Positions 9,253 to 18,628 of a stretch of DNA of 64,000 bases are shown piece after piece. Numbering within the stretch: position 1 is the stretch's first letter; each line of letters begins with the position of its first letter. The stretch covers positions 1,088,001 through 1,152,000 of the forward strand of contig CBDDCX010000008.1 of NCBI GenBank assembly GCA_965226375.1, given 5' to 3'. The position numbers and the translations under genes are program-made. The DNA is from Longimicrobiales bacterium (GTDB taxonomy: Bacteria > Gemmatimonadota > Gemmatimonadetes > Longimicrobiales > Gaopeijiaceae). Under the pieces are notes generated by a model. It made no database searches. It worked only from the letters and a program-made list of their open reading frames with translations, and had not been told where the DNA came from.

Positions 9253-10545
9253 ATGGGCTATCCATATAGTCACGAGAAGGAAGTCCAAATCCTCTCCAAG
9301 TACTTCGGTGATCCGGAGGCTCGCACCCTGGAGGGATGGAAGGCCAGGGGAGGATACGAGTCCCTGAAGAAGGCCCTGGACATGACTCCCGAAGAGGTCG
9401 TCGAGACCGTGAAGGACTCCGGGCTGCGTGGACGGGGCGGGGCGGGATTTCCGACGGGCCTCAAGTGGAGCTTCATGCCGAGGGACAAGTCCAAGGCCCA
9501 CTACCTGTTGTGCAACGCAGACGAGTCGGAACCCGGCACGTTCAAGGACCGGGAGCTTCTGCGTTGGGTGCCGCACCAGCTCATCGAGGGGTGCGCCATC
9601 GCCGCCTACGCCATGGGCGCCAAACACATCTATATCTATTGCCGGGGCGAGTTCTTCGAGGCCAACCAGGTCCTGGCGCGGGCCGTGGAGGATGCCTACG
9701 AAGCCGGGATCTTGGGCGACGACGCGATGGGCTCGGGTCAGCAGATCGACCTGACCGTGCACGTCGGGGCGGGGGCCTACATCTGCGGTGAAGAAACCGG
9801 TCTCATGAACTCCCTCGAGGGGAGTCGAGGGGAGCCGAGAGTGAAGCCGCCATTCCCGGCAGCGGTCGGCGCTTTCGGCATGCCCACCACCATCAACAAC
9901 GTCGAGACCCTCTGTGCCGTTCCGCCCATCATCGAGCATGGCGGGGAGTGGTACAAGCAGTGGGGCACCGAGCAGAGCCCGGGCACCAAATTGTTCTGCG
10001 TGAGCGGTCACGTGAACCGCCCGGGCAACTACGAGCTTCCCCTCGGCTTTCCATTGAAGGAGCTGATCTACGACGTCTGTGGTGGGATTCCCGAGGGTCG
10101 AGCCCTTAAGGCCGTGATACCCGGCGGAAGTTCGGTTCCGCTCCTCTCGGCCGAAGAGTGTGAGACGTGTGAACTCTCGTATGAGGGTGTGGTCGAAGCG
10201 GGGTCCATGCTGGGCTGCGCTTCGGTCATCGTCATGGACGAGTCGACCGACATCGTACATCAGGTCATGCGGATGGCGGCGTTCTACGCACACGAATCCT
10301 GCGGCCAGTGTACGCCCTGCCGAGAGGGGACGACGTGGGTCACCAAGATCCTCCGCCGCATCGAAGACGGGCGCGGTACCGAGGAAGACCTCGACACCCT
10401 GATCGAGCTCACCGACCAGATGACCGGAACCACGATCTGTGTGCTCTCGGATTCTGTGGCGGCGCCAGTGCAATCTTCCATCGCGAAGTTCAAGGACGAG
10501 TACCTCGCGCTGATCCGCCGCGGTGAGCGAGTGGGGGTCGCGTAG
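9253..10545 (+). CDS. nuoF: NADH-quinone oxidoreductase subunit F
   Basis: SGLRGRGGAGFPTG, NADESEPG, GAGAYICGEETG, ESCGQCTPCREG. Confidence 0.97.
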   Translation: MGYPYSHEKEVQILSKYFGDPEARTLEGWKARGGYESLKKALDMTPEEVVETVKDSGLRGRGGAGFPTGLKWSFMPRDKSKAHYLLCNADESEPGTFKDRELLRWVPHQLIEGCAIAAYAMGAKHIYIYCRGEFFEANQVLARAVEDAYEAGILGDDAMGSGQQIDLTVHVGAGAYICGEETGLMNSLEGSRGEPRVKPPFPAAVGAFGMPTTINNVETLCAVPPIIEHGGEWYKQWGTEQSPGTKLFCVSGHVNRPGNYELPLGFPLKELIYDVCGGIPEGRALKAVIPGGSSVPLLSAEECETCELSYEGVVEAGSMLGCASVIVMDESTDIVHQVMRMAAFYAHESCGQCTPCREGTTWVTKILRRIEDGRGTEEDLDTLIELTDQMTGTTICVLSDSVAAPVQSSIAKFKDEYLALIRRGERVGVA

Positions 10546-10548
10546 CGC

Positions 10549-12159
10549 ATGGTCGAAAACGGAAAGAATATCGAGACCGTCACGCTGACGATCGACGGGC
10601 AGGAAGTGATTGTTCCCAAGGGGACCACGATCCTGCAGGCCGCTCAGGGGATGGGCACCGACGTCCCACACTATTGTTACCATCCCGGACTCTCTGCTCC
10701 GGCCATGTGCCGCCTCTGCCTGGTCGAGGTGGAAGGCGCTCCCAAGCTGCTGCCCTCCTGTACCACGCAGGTCGCAGCGGATCAGATCGTCCACACCGAC
10801 AGCGAGCAGGCGCACCGGATGAGGACGGGCGTGCTCGAGTTCTATCTCGTGAACCACCCGCTCGACTGTCCGATCTGTGACCAGTCCGGCGAGTGCGACC
10901 TTCAGGACTACGTATTCGAAGAGGGCAGGGAGCACGGGCGGGCCCGCGAGCCCAAACGCGTGTTCGGCCGCGACGACTTTGGGGGTGACATCCTCTTCTA
11001 CGGCGACCGCTGTGTCATGTGCACGCGCTGTGTTCGCTTCATGAATGAGGTCGAGAAGAACCCACTCCTGTCGGTGGTCGAGCGGGGCAGTCGCTCCGTC
11101 ATCGATACCTTTTTCGAGACCGGTCTCGAAGAGGCGGATTGGGCGGGCAATGTGGTGGACATCTGTCCTGTGGGAGCTCTCGTCTCCAAGGACTTCTTAC
11201 ACAAGGCCCGCGCCTGGGACCTGGAGCACACACCTTCGGTCTGTCCCAACTGCAGCCAGGGGTGCAACATCGACCTCCACACCCGTGACAACCTGGTGCA
11301 TCGGATCAAGCCGAGGCACAACCCTGGTGTGAACGGTCACTGGATCTGTGACTACGGCCGCGGCCGCTACGAGTGGCTGAATCGCAGCGATCGGCTCGAG
11401 GCTCCGGTAGTGCGAAGCGCGGGACAGGGCACGGCCATGGGCTGGAAGCAGGCCCTGGCTGCCCTCGCGGAGCATCTCGAAGGTGCGAACGGAGATGTGA
11501 AGGCGGTCGTGTCGCCGTTCTGGTCCAATGAGGATCTGGGCGCCGTGGCAAGCCTGGTGGATGCGTTGGGGGGTGGAGACGTGGTCTACCGGTCACCCAG
11601 AGCAGCAGCAGAAATGAAGCTCGCCGGTTACGAAGGACTCGCACGCCGCCGGGACCTCGCTCCCAACGTGCGGGGGGCTGAACTCCTCGGGTTCGAACGC
11701 GTCGGGGACGACACCGGGCAAGGCGGCCTCGACCCGATCGCGGGACACGATGGAATCATCCTGGTGCTGGGAGACGCTCTCACGGATGTACCCGAAGGGT
11801 TCGGCGCCGAAGCGAAGACGGTCGTCTACATGGGAGCCTATACGTCGGGGCCGCTGGCCTCCGCGGAGTTCGCTCTGCCGACCACCACGTTCGCAGAGCA
11901 AGAGGGCACTTTTACCAATCACGACGGCCGGGTGCAGCGATTCTGGCAGGCGTTGGATGCCCCCGGCGCTGCCAGACCCGCTTGGCTGGTCCTGGGCGCC
12001 TTGATCGCAGCACTCGAGGGCCCCGAGGGTCCGCGTAATGCCGCTCAGGCCTTCCAACTCCTCGGGCAGCGAGTGCCGGCCTATGAAGGCATTACGTACG
12101 AGGACGTGAGCGGTTCGGGGGCTGTCATCAACGATACCGCACACGTGGCGGGAGACTGA
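10549..12159 (+). CDS. nuoG: NADH-quinone oxidoreductase subunit G (short form)
   Basis: CYHP..CRLC..C, HPLDCPICDQSGEC, CVMCTRC..CPVGAL, CPNCSQGC..C, AEQEGTFTN..GRVQ. Confidence 0.93.
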   Translation: MVENGKNIETVTLTIDGQEVIVPKGTTILQAAQGMGTDVPHYCYHPGLSAPAMCRLCLVEVEGAPKLLPSCTTQVAADQIVHTDSEQAHRMRTGVLEFYLVNHPLDCPICDQSGECDLQDYVFEEGREHGRAREPKRVFGRDDFGGDILFYGDRCVMCTRCVRFMNEVEKNPLLSVVERGSRSVIDTFFETGLEEADWAGNVVDICPVGALVSKDFLHKARAWDLEHTPSVCPNCSQGCNIDLHTRDNLVHRIKPRHNPGVNGHWICDYGRGRYEWLNRSDRLEAPVVRSAGQGTAMGWKQALAALAEHLEGANGDVKAVVSPFWSNEDLGAVASLVDALGGGDVVYRSPRAAAEMKLAGYEGLARRRDLAPNVRGAELLGFERVGDDTGQGGLDPIAGHDGIILVLGDALTDVPEGFGAEAKTVVYMGAYTSGPLASAEFALPTTTFAEQEGTFTNHDGRVQRFWQALDAPGAARPAWLVLGALIAALEGPEGPRNAAQAFQLLGQRVPAYEGITYEDVSGSGAVINDTAHVAGD

Positions 12160-12161
12160 CG

Positions 12162-13433
12162 TTGGGCGTGCTTCAGCCCATCTCAGGCATGCCACTCATG
12201 GTGTCGACCTCCCTGAAGGTCGCCGCGATGTTCGGGGTGGTGTTGCTGACCGTCGCCTATACCACGCTGGCCGAGCGGCGCGTTTCGGCGTTTATCCAGG
12301 ATCGTCTCGGTCCCAACCGAGTCGGGCCGTTCGGACTTCTTCAGCCCATCGCCGACGGTCTCAAGAATCTGGTCAAGGAAGAGACTCTGCCCGCCACGGC
12401 GTCGAAGTTCTACTTCATGCTGGGGCCGATGATGGCCATGGTCCCGGCGATGGTGACCTTCGCTGTCGTGCCGTTCGCGGCACCGCTGCCCACTCCTTGG
12501 GGAGTCGTGGACATGATCATCGCCGATGTTCCGATCGGCATTCTCTACATTCTCGCGTTGAGCTCCCTGGGGGTGTATGGGATCGTCATCGCGGGTTGGG
12601 CGTCGAATAACAAATACGCGTTCCTCGGGGCGTTACGGGCGTCGGCGCAGATGGTGAGCTACGAGGTGGCGCTGGGGTTGAGCCTCATCGTGGTGCTCAT
12701 GCTCGCGGGCAACGTCACGCTCACGGAGATCCTGTGGAAGCAGCAGCAGTTGGATCTCTGGTACGCCCTGCCCCTGTCCCTCGGCTTCCTCCTATTCGTG
12801 ACCGCTGCTTTCGCGGAGACGAACCGGCTTCCGTTCGACATGCCTGAGGCCGAATCGGAGCTCGTCACCGGGTTCCACACCGAATATTCGGCCATGAAAT
12901 TTTCCATGTTCTTCATTGCCGAGTATTCCCACATGCTCACTGCCTCGGCTTTGATGGCCACCCTCTTCTTCGGCGGATGGGATCTACCGGGGACCTGGGA
13001 CGACGCGTTCTGGTACGGCGGCTCGCTGATCAGTGGGTTCGACGAGGGGGGTCTCCCGATCGCTGCGACACCTGCCGTGTGGAAGACGCTCCTCACCTTC
13101 GCGTCTTTCGCGACCAAGACGGCCTTCTTCCTTCTGCTCTTCATCTGGGTCCGGTGGACTCTGCCGCGTTTCCGTTACGACCAGGTGATGCAGCTCGGCT
13201 GGAAGGTCCTTCTGCCCACGGCCCTTGCCTACGTGATGGTCATAGCCGCCACCATGCTGACCCTCGACCAGGTGGGGGTGGCCTACGGGTTCACCTACGG
13301 TCTGGCGTTGACCGCCGTGAGTACCGTGTGCACGGTGGCCTTCGTGTTCCACCTGGACCGGGGGCGGATCATCCAGGGTGCCGCGGCACGTAAGGTGGCC
13401 GTCCCGGTGACATCTTCGGTGGCAGGAGACTAG
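12162..13433 (+). CDS. nuoH: NADH-quinone oxidoreductase subunit H
   Basis: ERRVSAFIQDRLGPNRVG, ETNRLPFDMPEAESELV, RWTLPRFRYDQ. Confidence 0.97.
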   Translation: MGVLQPISGMPLMVSTSLKVAAMFGVVLLTVAYTTLAERRVSAFIQDRLGPNRVGPFGLLQPIADGLKNLVKEETLPATASKFYFMLGPMMAMVPAMVTFAVVPFAAPLPTPWGVVDMIIADVPIGILYILALSSLGVYGIVIAGWASNNKYAFLGALRASAQMVSYEVALGLSLIVVLMLAGNVTLTEILWKQQQLDLWYALPLSLGFLLFVTAAFAETNRLPFDMPEAESELVTGFHTEYSAMKFSMFFIAEYSHMLTASALMATLFFGGWDLPGTWDDAFWYGGSLISGFDEGGLPIAATPAVWKTLLTFASFATKTAFFLLLFIWVRWTLPRFRYDQVMQLGWKVLLPTALAYVMVIAATMLTLDQVGVAYGFTYGLALTAVSTVCTVAFVFHLDRGRIIQGAAARKVAVPVTSSVAGD

Positions 13434-13478
13434 AATGTACCGTAAGCCATACCGCGTAACCGTTGGCAGGGAAACGAC

Positions 13479-13979
13479 ATGGCTGTAACTGTCAAGGTCC
13501 TCCGTAGACCGGATCCGGAAAGCACGTCGTATCTGAGGGCTGCCCTGAAGGGCATGTCTTTGACGCTTCGGCACATGGTCAGTCCGGATAAGGTGACGCA
13601 ACAGTATCCCGAAGAGCAGACCGAATTGAGTCCCCGATGGAGGGGTACGCACCGCATGGAGGTCCATGCCGACGGGCGGCCCAAATGCGTGGCTTGTGGC
13701 CTCTGTCCCACGGTCTGTCCCGCGAACTGCATCCGCCTCGTAGGCGGAGAAGACGACCAGGGCAACCGATATCCCATCGTCTTCGAGATCGACGAGTTTC
13801 GCTGCATTTTCTGTGGGATGTGCCAGGAGGTTTGCCCGGTAGAGGCCATCCATGTCGGTCGGGACTTCGAGAACGCCGAGTACACGCGTGATCGCTTCGT
13901 CTACGACCTCGATCGCCTCATGGAGGTGGACCATCCGGTCACCCTGCTGTGGGATCCCGAGGATCCGAAAGGTGAGTGA
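13479..13979 (+). CDS. nuoI: NADH-quinone oxidoreductase subunit I
   Basis: Two 4Fe-4S motifs, CVACGLC..VCP and CIFCGMC..VCP. Confidence 0.97.
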   Translation: MAVTVKVLRRPDPESTSYLRAALKGMSLTLRHMVSPDKVTQQYPEEQTELSPRWRGTHRMEVHADGRPKCVACGLCPTVCPANCIRLVGGEDDQGNRYPIVFEIDEFRCIFCGMCQEVCPVEAIHVGRDFENAEYTRDRFVYDLDRLMEVDHPVTLLWDPEDPKGE

Positions 13980-14017
13980 GGGTCCCGTGATTCCCGTGCG
14001 AGGTGGGAACGCCTTAT

Positions 14018-14539
14018 ATGGCTGATCTGCTCTTCTACATCTTCGCTGCGGTCGCCGTGGGTGGCGCTTTTGGCGTCGTCATGGGGCGAAGCCCGATCGC
14101 GAGCCTGCTCTTCATGGTCGCCTGCTTGGCGAGCATCGCTGGCATTTTCGTGCTCCTGGAAGCCCACTTCCTGGCAGCGGTTCAGATCATGGTGTATGCG
14201 GGGGCCATCATGGTCCTCTTCCTGTTCGTGATCATGCTGCTGAACCTGGGGCACGACTATGAACGCGACATCCGGGGCGGCGTCTCAATCATCCTGGGCT
14301 TCGCCCTTGCGGGAGGCCTGGGCGGACTGCTGGCCAGGCAGCTCGGTACAGGTGCTGACGGGTTGCAGAGCAACCTCGGAGCAGGGGACGCCATCGATGC
14401 GGCGCTCCTGGAGCACGGAGCGGTGGGCGCGATCGCCCGGCCGCTCTTCATGGACTACGTGGTTCCCTTCGAGCTCACGGGAATTCTGCTTCTCGTTGCG
14501 ATCGTAGGTGCCATCGTCCTGGCCAAGAAGGCCGTGTGA
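14018..14539 (+). CDS. nuoJ: NADH-quinone oxidoreductase subunit J
   Basis: [36 protein letters not shown]. Confidence 0.95.
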   Translation: MADLLFYIFAAVAVGGAFGVVMGRSPIASLLFMVACLASIAGIFVLLEAHFLAAVQIMVYAGAIMVLFLFVIMLLNLGHDYERDIRGGVSIILGFALAGGLGGLLARQLGTGADGLQSNLGAGDAIDAALLEHGAVGAIARPLFMDYVVPFELTGILLLVAIVGAIVLAKKAV

Positions 14540-14832
14540 TGCTCACCGAGTCCCTGATCCTTTCGGCCTTGATCTTTGTCATCGGGACCCTGGGTGTCAT
14601 CGTGCGTCGCAACGTCATCATCATGTTCCTGTGCATCGAGCTACAGCTCAACGCGGTGAACCTGACCTTCGTGGCCCTGTCCCGCTTCATCGGAATCGAG
14701 GGTCAAGTGTTCGTCTTTTTCGTCATGACGGTGGCGGCGGCCGAGGCGGCCGTGGGGCTGGCCATCATCATCTCGATTTTCCGGCACTATGAAACGGTGA
14801 ACGTGGAAAATTTCAACCTGCTCAAGTGGTAG
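14539..14832 (+). CDS. nuoK: NADH-quinone oxidoreductase subunit K
   Basis: [30 protein letters not shown] coupling to nuoJ. Confidence 0.95.
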   Translation: MLTESLILSALIFVIGTLGVIVRRNVIIMFLCIELQLNAVNLTFVALSRFIGIEGQVFVFFVMTVAAAEAAVGLAIIISIFRHYETVNVENFNLLKW

Positions 14833-14836
14833 GGCC

Positions 14837-16993
14837 GTGACACATCTCGGACTCTATCTGATCCAGGTGGCGGAGGGCGCGGAAGCCCATGGCGCCTGGG
14901 AGCCTTTCCTGCCCGGGCTCATCATACTGCTGCCCCTGTTGGGCTTCCTGATCAACGGGGCCCTGGCGCTTTCGGCGGCGCGGGTTTCCGCAGACGCCGT
15001 GCGGAGTGGTGGCGAGCACGATTTCTTCGAGCGCGCCCGCCCGAGGACCCATACGTGGCCCACCTGGATCGGCCCCGGGGTGATGGGCCTCGCCTTCCTG
15101 CTCACGCTGATCAACTTCGTGGGCATGGCGGGGGCCGAGGTCCACGAGCCCGTGGTACGCAGCTACTGGACCTGGATGGCCACCGGCAGCTTCCGGGTCG
15201 CCGCCGCCATTCAGCTCGACCAGCTGGCCATGGTGATGATGCTGATCATCACCGGTGTCGGCTTCCTGATCCACGTGTTCAGCGTCGGCTACATGAAGGA
15301 CGACCCGGGCTACCCCCGGTACTTCGCCTACCTCAACCTGTTCGTCTTCTTCATGCTGATCCTGGTCATGGGATCGAGCTATCCGGTCATGTTCGTGGGC
15401 TGGGAGGGTGTCGGCCTCTGTTCGTACCTGCTGATCGGGTACTGGTTCAGCGATGAGGAGAAGGCGTCGGCCGGCAAAAAGGCATTCATCGTCAACCGGA
15501 TCGGTGACCTGGGATTCCTCCTGGCCATCTTCCTGTTGTTCGTCGCTTTCGGGTCCGTAGACTACGTCGACGTGTTCGGTGGAGCAGAAGACATCTTCGA
15601 GTACGGAGGTCCGCTGGTTACCGCTGTGACCCTCTTGTTCCTGGTGGCGGCCACCGGGAAGAGTGCACAGATCCCGCTCTACATATGGCTGCCCGATGCC
15701 ATGGCGGGCCCGACGCCCGTCTCGGCGCTGATCCACGCCGCCACCATGGTCACGGCCGGCGTCTACCTGGTCGCCCGGTCGTCGCTTCTGTTCGCTCTCT
15801 CTCCGTTCAGCAGTGCGGCAGTGGCAGGAATCGGCGTGCTGACCGCGCTCTTCGCAGCGACCATCGCGCTGAAGCAAAACGACATCAAGAAGGTGCTGGC
15901 GTACTCCACCGTATCCCAGCTCGGCTACATGTTCCTGGGGGTCGGTGTCGGGGCCTATACGGCCGGGGTCTTCCACCTCATGACCCACGCGTTCTTCAAG
16001 GCACTCCTCTTCCTGGGTGCCGGTGCAGTCATCCACTCGATGCACCACGCCCTGCATCACACCCACAAGGATTGGGACGCCCAGGACATGCGCAATATGG
16101 GTGGGCTCAGGAAGTACATGCCCATCACCTGGGTCACGATGGGGCTAGCCACGCTTGCGATTGCCGGGATTTGGCCCTTTGCGGGGTTCTTCAGCAAGGA
16201 CGAGATCATCTGGATGACCGGCGCAATGGCCGGGGCAGAGAACGCCCCCTACGCCGGTCTCTACACGGTCTACTGGGTGATGGCATTGGCGGCGGCCATG
16301 CTCACGGCGTTCTACATGACTCGGCTCATGGTCATGACCTTCCATGGGACGAACAGGACGGGCCAGGAAGAGGCCAAGCACCTCCACGAAGCGCCCAGAA
16401 CCATGTGGATTCCGTTGGCCATTCTAGCGGCACTCGCGACGGTGGGCGGTTGGCTCAACGTGACCGAGGACCTTCAGGAGTCCTTCCTGGGTGGCTTCGG
16501 CTTCCTTCCCATGTCCGAATGGCTCCACCACTGGCTCGAGCCCGTGACAGAGGCCGCGCATCAGGTACAGGAGACGCATCTCGGTGAGATCGCCCATTCC
16601 GCGCCATTCGGGGGGGGAGAGGTCGCGTGGGCCCTCATCTCTACGGTGGCGGCCCTGATGGTAGTCGTCGTTACCAGCCGCATGATGTCCTCGAAGGACG
16701 TCGCGGTAGCCACCGAAGATGCCGCGCCGACGGGCTTCGCGGGCCTCCTCTACAACAAGTGGTACGTGGACGAGCTATACGACCGCATTGTGGTCCGCCC
16801 ACTCCGGTCTCTGTCTCGCTTCTCTTGGCGAGTGATCGACGCAGGCATCATCGACGGAGCCGTGAACCTGGTCGGAAACGGGGCCCGGGCCATGGGCTGG
16901 GTTGGAAGCCTTTTCCAGACAGGACAGGTGAACACTTACGCGTTCTTCCTGACCGTCGGGGTGCTCATCATTCTTGGAGTTGTCGCTTTCTAG
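14837..16993 (+). CDS. nuoL: NADH-quinone oxidoreductase subunit L
   Basis: GWEGVGLCSYLLIG, NRIGD, GKSAQIPL..WLPDAMAGPTPVSALIHAATMV. Confidence 0.97.
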   Translation: MTHLGLYLIQVAEGAEAHGAWEPFLPGLIILLPLLGFLINGALALSAARVSADAVRSGGEHDFFERARPRTHTWPTWIGPGVMGLAFLLTLINFVGMAGAEVHEPVVRSYWTWMATGSFRVAAAIQLDQLAMVMMLIITGVGFLIHVFSVGYMKDDPGYPRYFAYLNLFVFFMLILVMGSSYPVMFVGWEGVGLCSYLLIGYWFSDEEKASAGKKAFIVNRIGDLGFLLAIFLLFVAFGSVDYVDVFGGAEDIFEYGGPLVTAVTLLFLVAATGKSAQIPLYIWLPDAMAGPTPVSALIHAATMVTAGVYLVARSSLLFALSPFSSAAVAGIGVLTALFAATIALKQNDIKKVLAYSTVSQLGYMFLGVGVGAYTAGVFHLMTHAFFKALLFLGAGAVIHSMHHALHHTHKDWDAQDMRNMGGLRKYMPITWVTMGLATLAIAGIWPFAGFFSKDEIIWMTGAMAGAENAPYAGLYTVYWVMALAAAMLTAFYMTRLMVMTFHGTNRTGQEEAKHLHEAPRTMWIPLAILAALATVGGWLNVTEDLQESFLGGFGFLPMSEWLHHWLEPVTEAAHQVQETHLGEIAHSAPFGGGEVAWALISTVAALMVVVVTSRMMSSKDVAVATEDAAPTGFAGLLYNKWYVDELYDRIVVRPLRSLSRFSWRVIDAGIIDGAVNLVGNGARAMGWVGSLFQTGQVNTYAFFLTVGVLIILGVVAF

Positions 16994-16994
16994 C

Positions 16995-18626
16995 ATGCTG
17001 AACGCTCTTGCATATGACAGTTGGGCGCTTCACGCGCTCATTTGGCTGCCGTTCGTCGGCATGGTCCACGTCCTGTGGGCCCCCGAGGAGCGGGCCAAGC
17101 ACCTGGCTCTCTATTGGAGCCTGGCGGTCTTTGTTCTGAGCATCGGGCTCTGGTGGGCGTACGATCCCGCTCTGGGGAGTGGTTATCAACTCGCCAGTAG
17201 CCGGCCGTGGATAGAGCAGTGGGGTGTGAGTTATGCCCTGGGACTCGACGGAATCAGCCTGTTCCTGGTAATGCTGACCGCCTTTACGACCCCGCTCGCC
17301 ATCCTCGGGTCCTTCAACTACATCAAGAAGAGAGAGAAGGCGTTCTATGCCCTGATGCTCCTGCTGGAGGTCGGGGTAATGGGTGTCTTCTCCGCAGTGG
17401 ATCTCTTCCTGTTCTATGTGTTTTTCGAGCTCACCCTGGTGCCGATGTACTTCATCATCGGCATCTGGGGCGGCGAACGAAGGGTCTATGCGGCGATAAA
17501 GTTCTTCCTGTTCACCGCTGTCGGGTCGCTCCTCATGTTGGTAGCGATCCTGTACCTGCACTTCCGGGCTCAGACTTTGACGGGGGTCACCTCGTTCGCG
17601 TTCCTGGACCTGATGCAGGTGCCGCTGTCTCCCACGGAGCAACTCTGGCTCTTCGGAGCGTTTGCGCTCGCCTTCGCCATCAAGGTGCCGCTCTTTCCGT
17701 TCCACACCTGGCTACCCGATGCACACGTCGAGGCGCCCACCCCGGGATCGGTCGTACTTGCGGCAGTTCTCCTGAAGATGGGGACCTACGGGTTCGTGCG
17801 GTTCCTGCTGCCGTTGTTCCCTTTTGCGGCCCAGCACCCGACGGTGATCATGACCATGATGACGCTCGGGGTGGTGGGTATCATCTACGCGGCCTGGGTG
17901 GCTGCGGTGCAGCCGGACGCCAAGAAGCTGGTGGCCTACACCTCGGTGGCCCACATGGGGTTCGTGGTCATCGGCGTATTCGCCCTCAGCATCAACGGCC
18001 TGCAGGGCGGCATGCTCGTCATGATCTCACACGGGATCTCCACGGGTGCCTTGTTCCTCTTGCTAGGCATGCTCTACGAGCGTCGGCACACCCGCAACAT
18101 CGAGGACTTCGGAGGACTCGGCCGGGTTGCTCCTTGGCTGGCCACTGCGTTCGTCATTACGGCGCTGACCTCGATCGGCCTGCCGGGTACAAGCGGCTTC
18201 GTCGGCGAATTCCTGGCGCTCCTGGGCGCCTTCGAGAGCCACCCCGGGATGGGCATGCTAGCGGCCACCGGGGTGATCTTTGCAGCGTACTACATGTTGC
18301 CCATGGTGCAGAGTGTGTTCTTCAACGCGCTCGACAAAGAGGAAAATCGGAAGGTCGAGGACCTGTCGCGGCGGGAGATCGCGATTCTGGCGCCCATGAT
18401 TGCCCTCATGATCTGGATCGGCGTCTATCCGACACCCTTCCTCCAACGCATGGAGCCAAGCTTGCAGGCCATTGTCGCACGGGTCGAGGCCGCCGCGCCC
18501 GCAGGCGCCTCGCGGACGGTCGAACACGGTGCCACCCTGACCGCTATCGAACTCGGTGAGCGAGACGTGGAAGCCGCCCTCACCGAAGGCACTGAGACGA
18601 CAATCGCCGATGGGGCGGTGGACTGA
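16995..18626 (+). CDS. nuoM: NADH-quinone oxidoreductase subunit M
   Basis: LGLDGIS, KVPLFPFHTWLPDAHVEAPT, AYTSVAHMG, GLPGTSGFVGEF. Confidence 0.97.
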   Translation: MLNALAYDSWALHALIWLPFVGMVHVLWAPEERAKHLALYWSLAVFVLSIGLWWAYDPALGSGYQLASSRPWIEQWGVSYALGLDGISLFLVMLTAFTTPLAILGSFNYIKKREKAFYALMLLLEVGVMGVFSAVDLFLFYVFFELTLVPMYFIIGIWGGERRVYAAIKFFLFTAVGSLLMLVAILYLHFRAQTLTGVTSFAFLDLMQVPLSPTEQLWLFGAFALAFAIKVPLFPFHTWLPDAHVEAPTPGSVVLAAVLLKMGTYGFVRFLLPLFPFAAQHPTVIMTMMTLGVVGIIYAAWVAAVQPDAKKLVAYTSVAHMGFVVIGVFALSINGLQGGMLVMISHGISTGALFLLLGMLYERRHTRNIEDFGGLGRVAPWLATAFVITALTSIGLPGTSGFVGEFLALLGAFESHPGMGMLAATGVIFAAYYMLPMVQSVFFNALDKEENRKVEDLSRREIAILAPMIALMIWIGVYPTPFLQRMEPSLQAIVARVEAAAPAGASRTVEHGATLTAIELGERDVEAALTEGTETTIADGAVD

Positions 18627-18628
18627 CC

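Noticed and set aside
8977..10935. 652-aa antisense ORF, and similar long antisense or alternative-frame ORFs (14822-16066, 17207-18559, 21782-23128, 36574-37869, 56493-57746)
   Set aside because: They overlap well-supported genes, carry no motifs, and are expected from stop-codon scarcity in GC-rich coding DNA.
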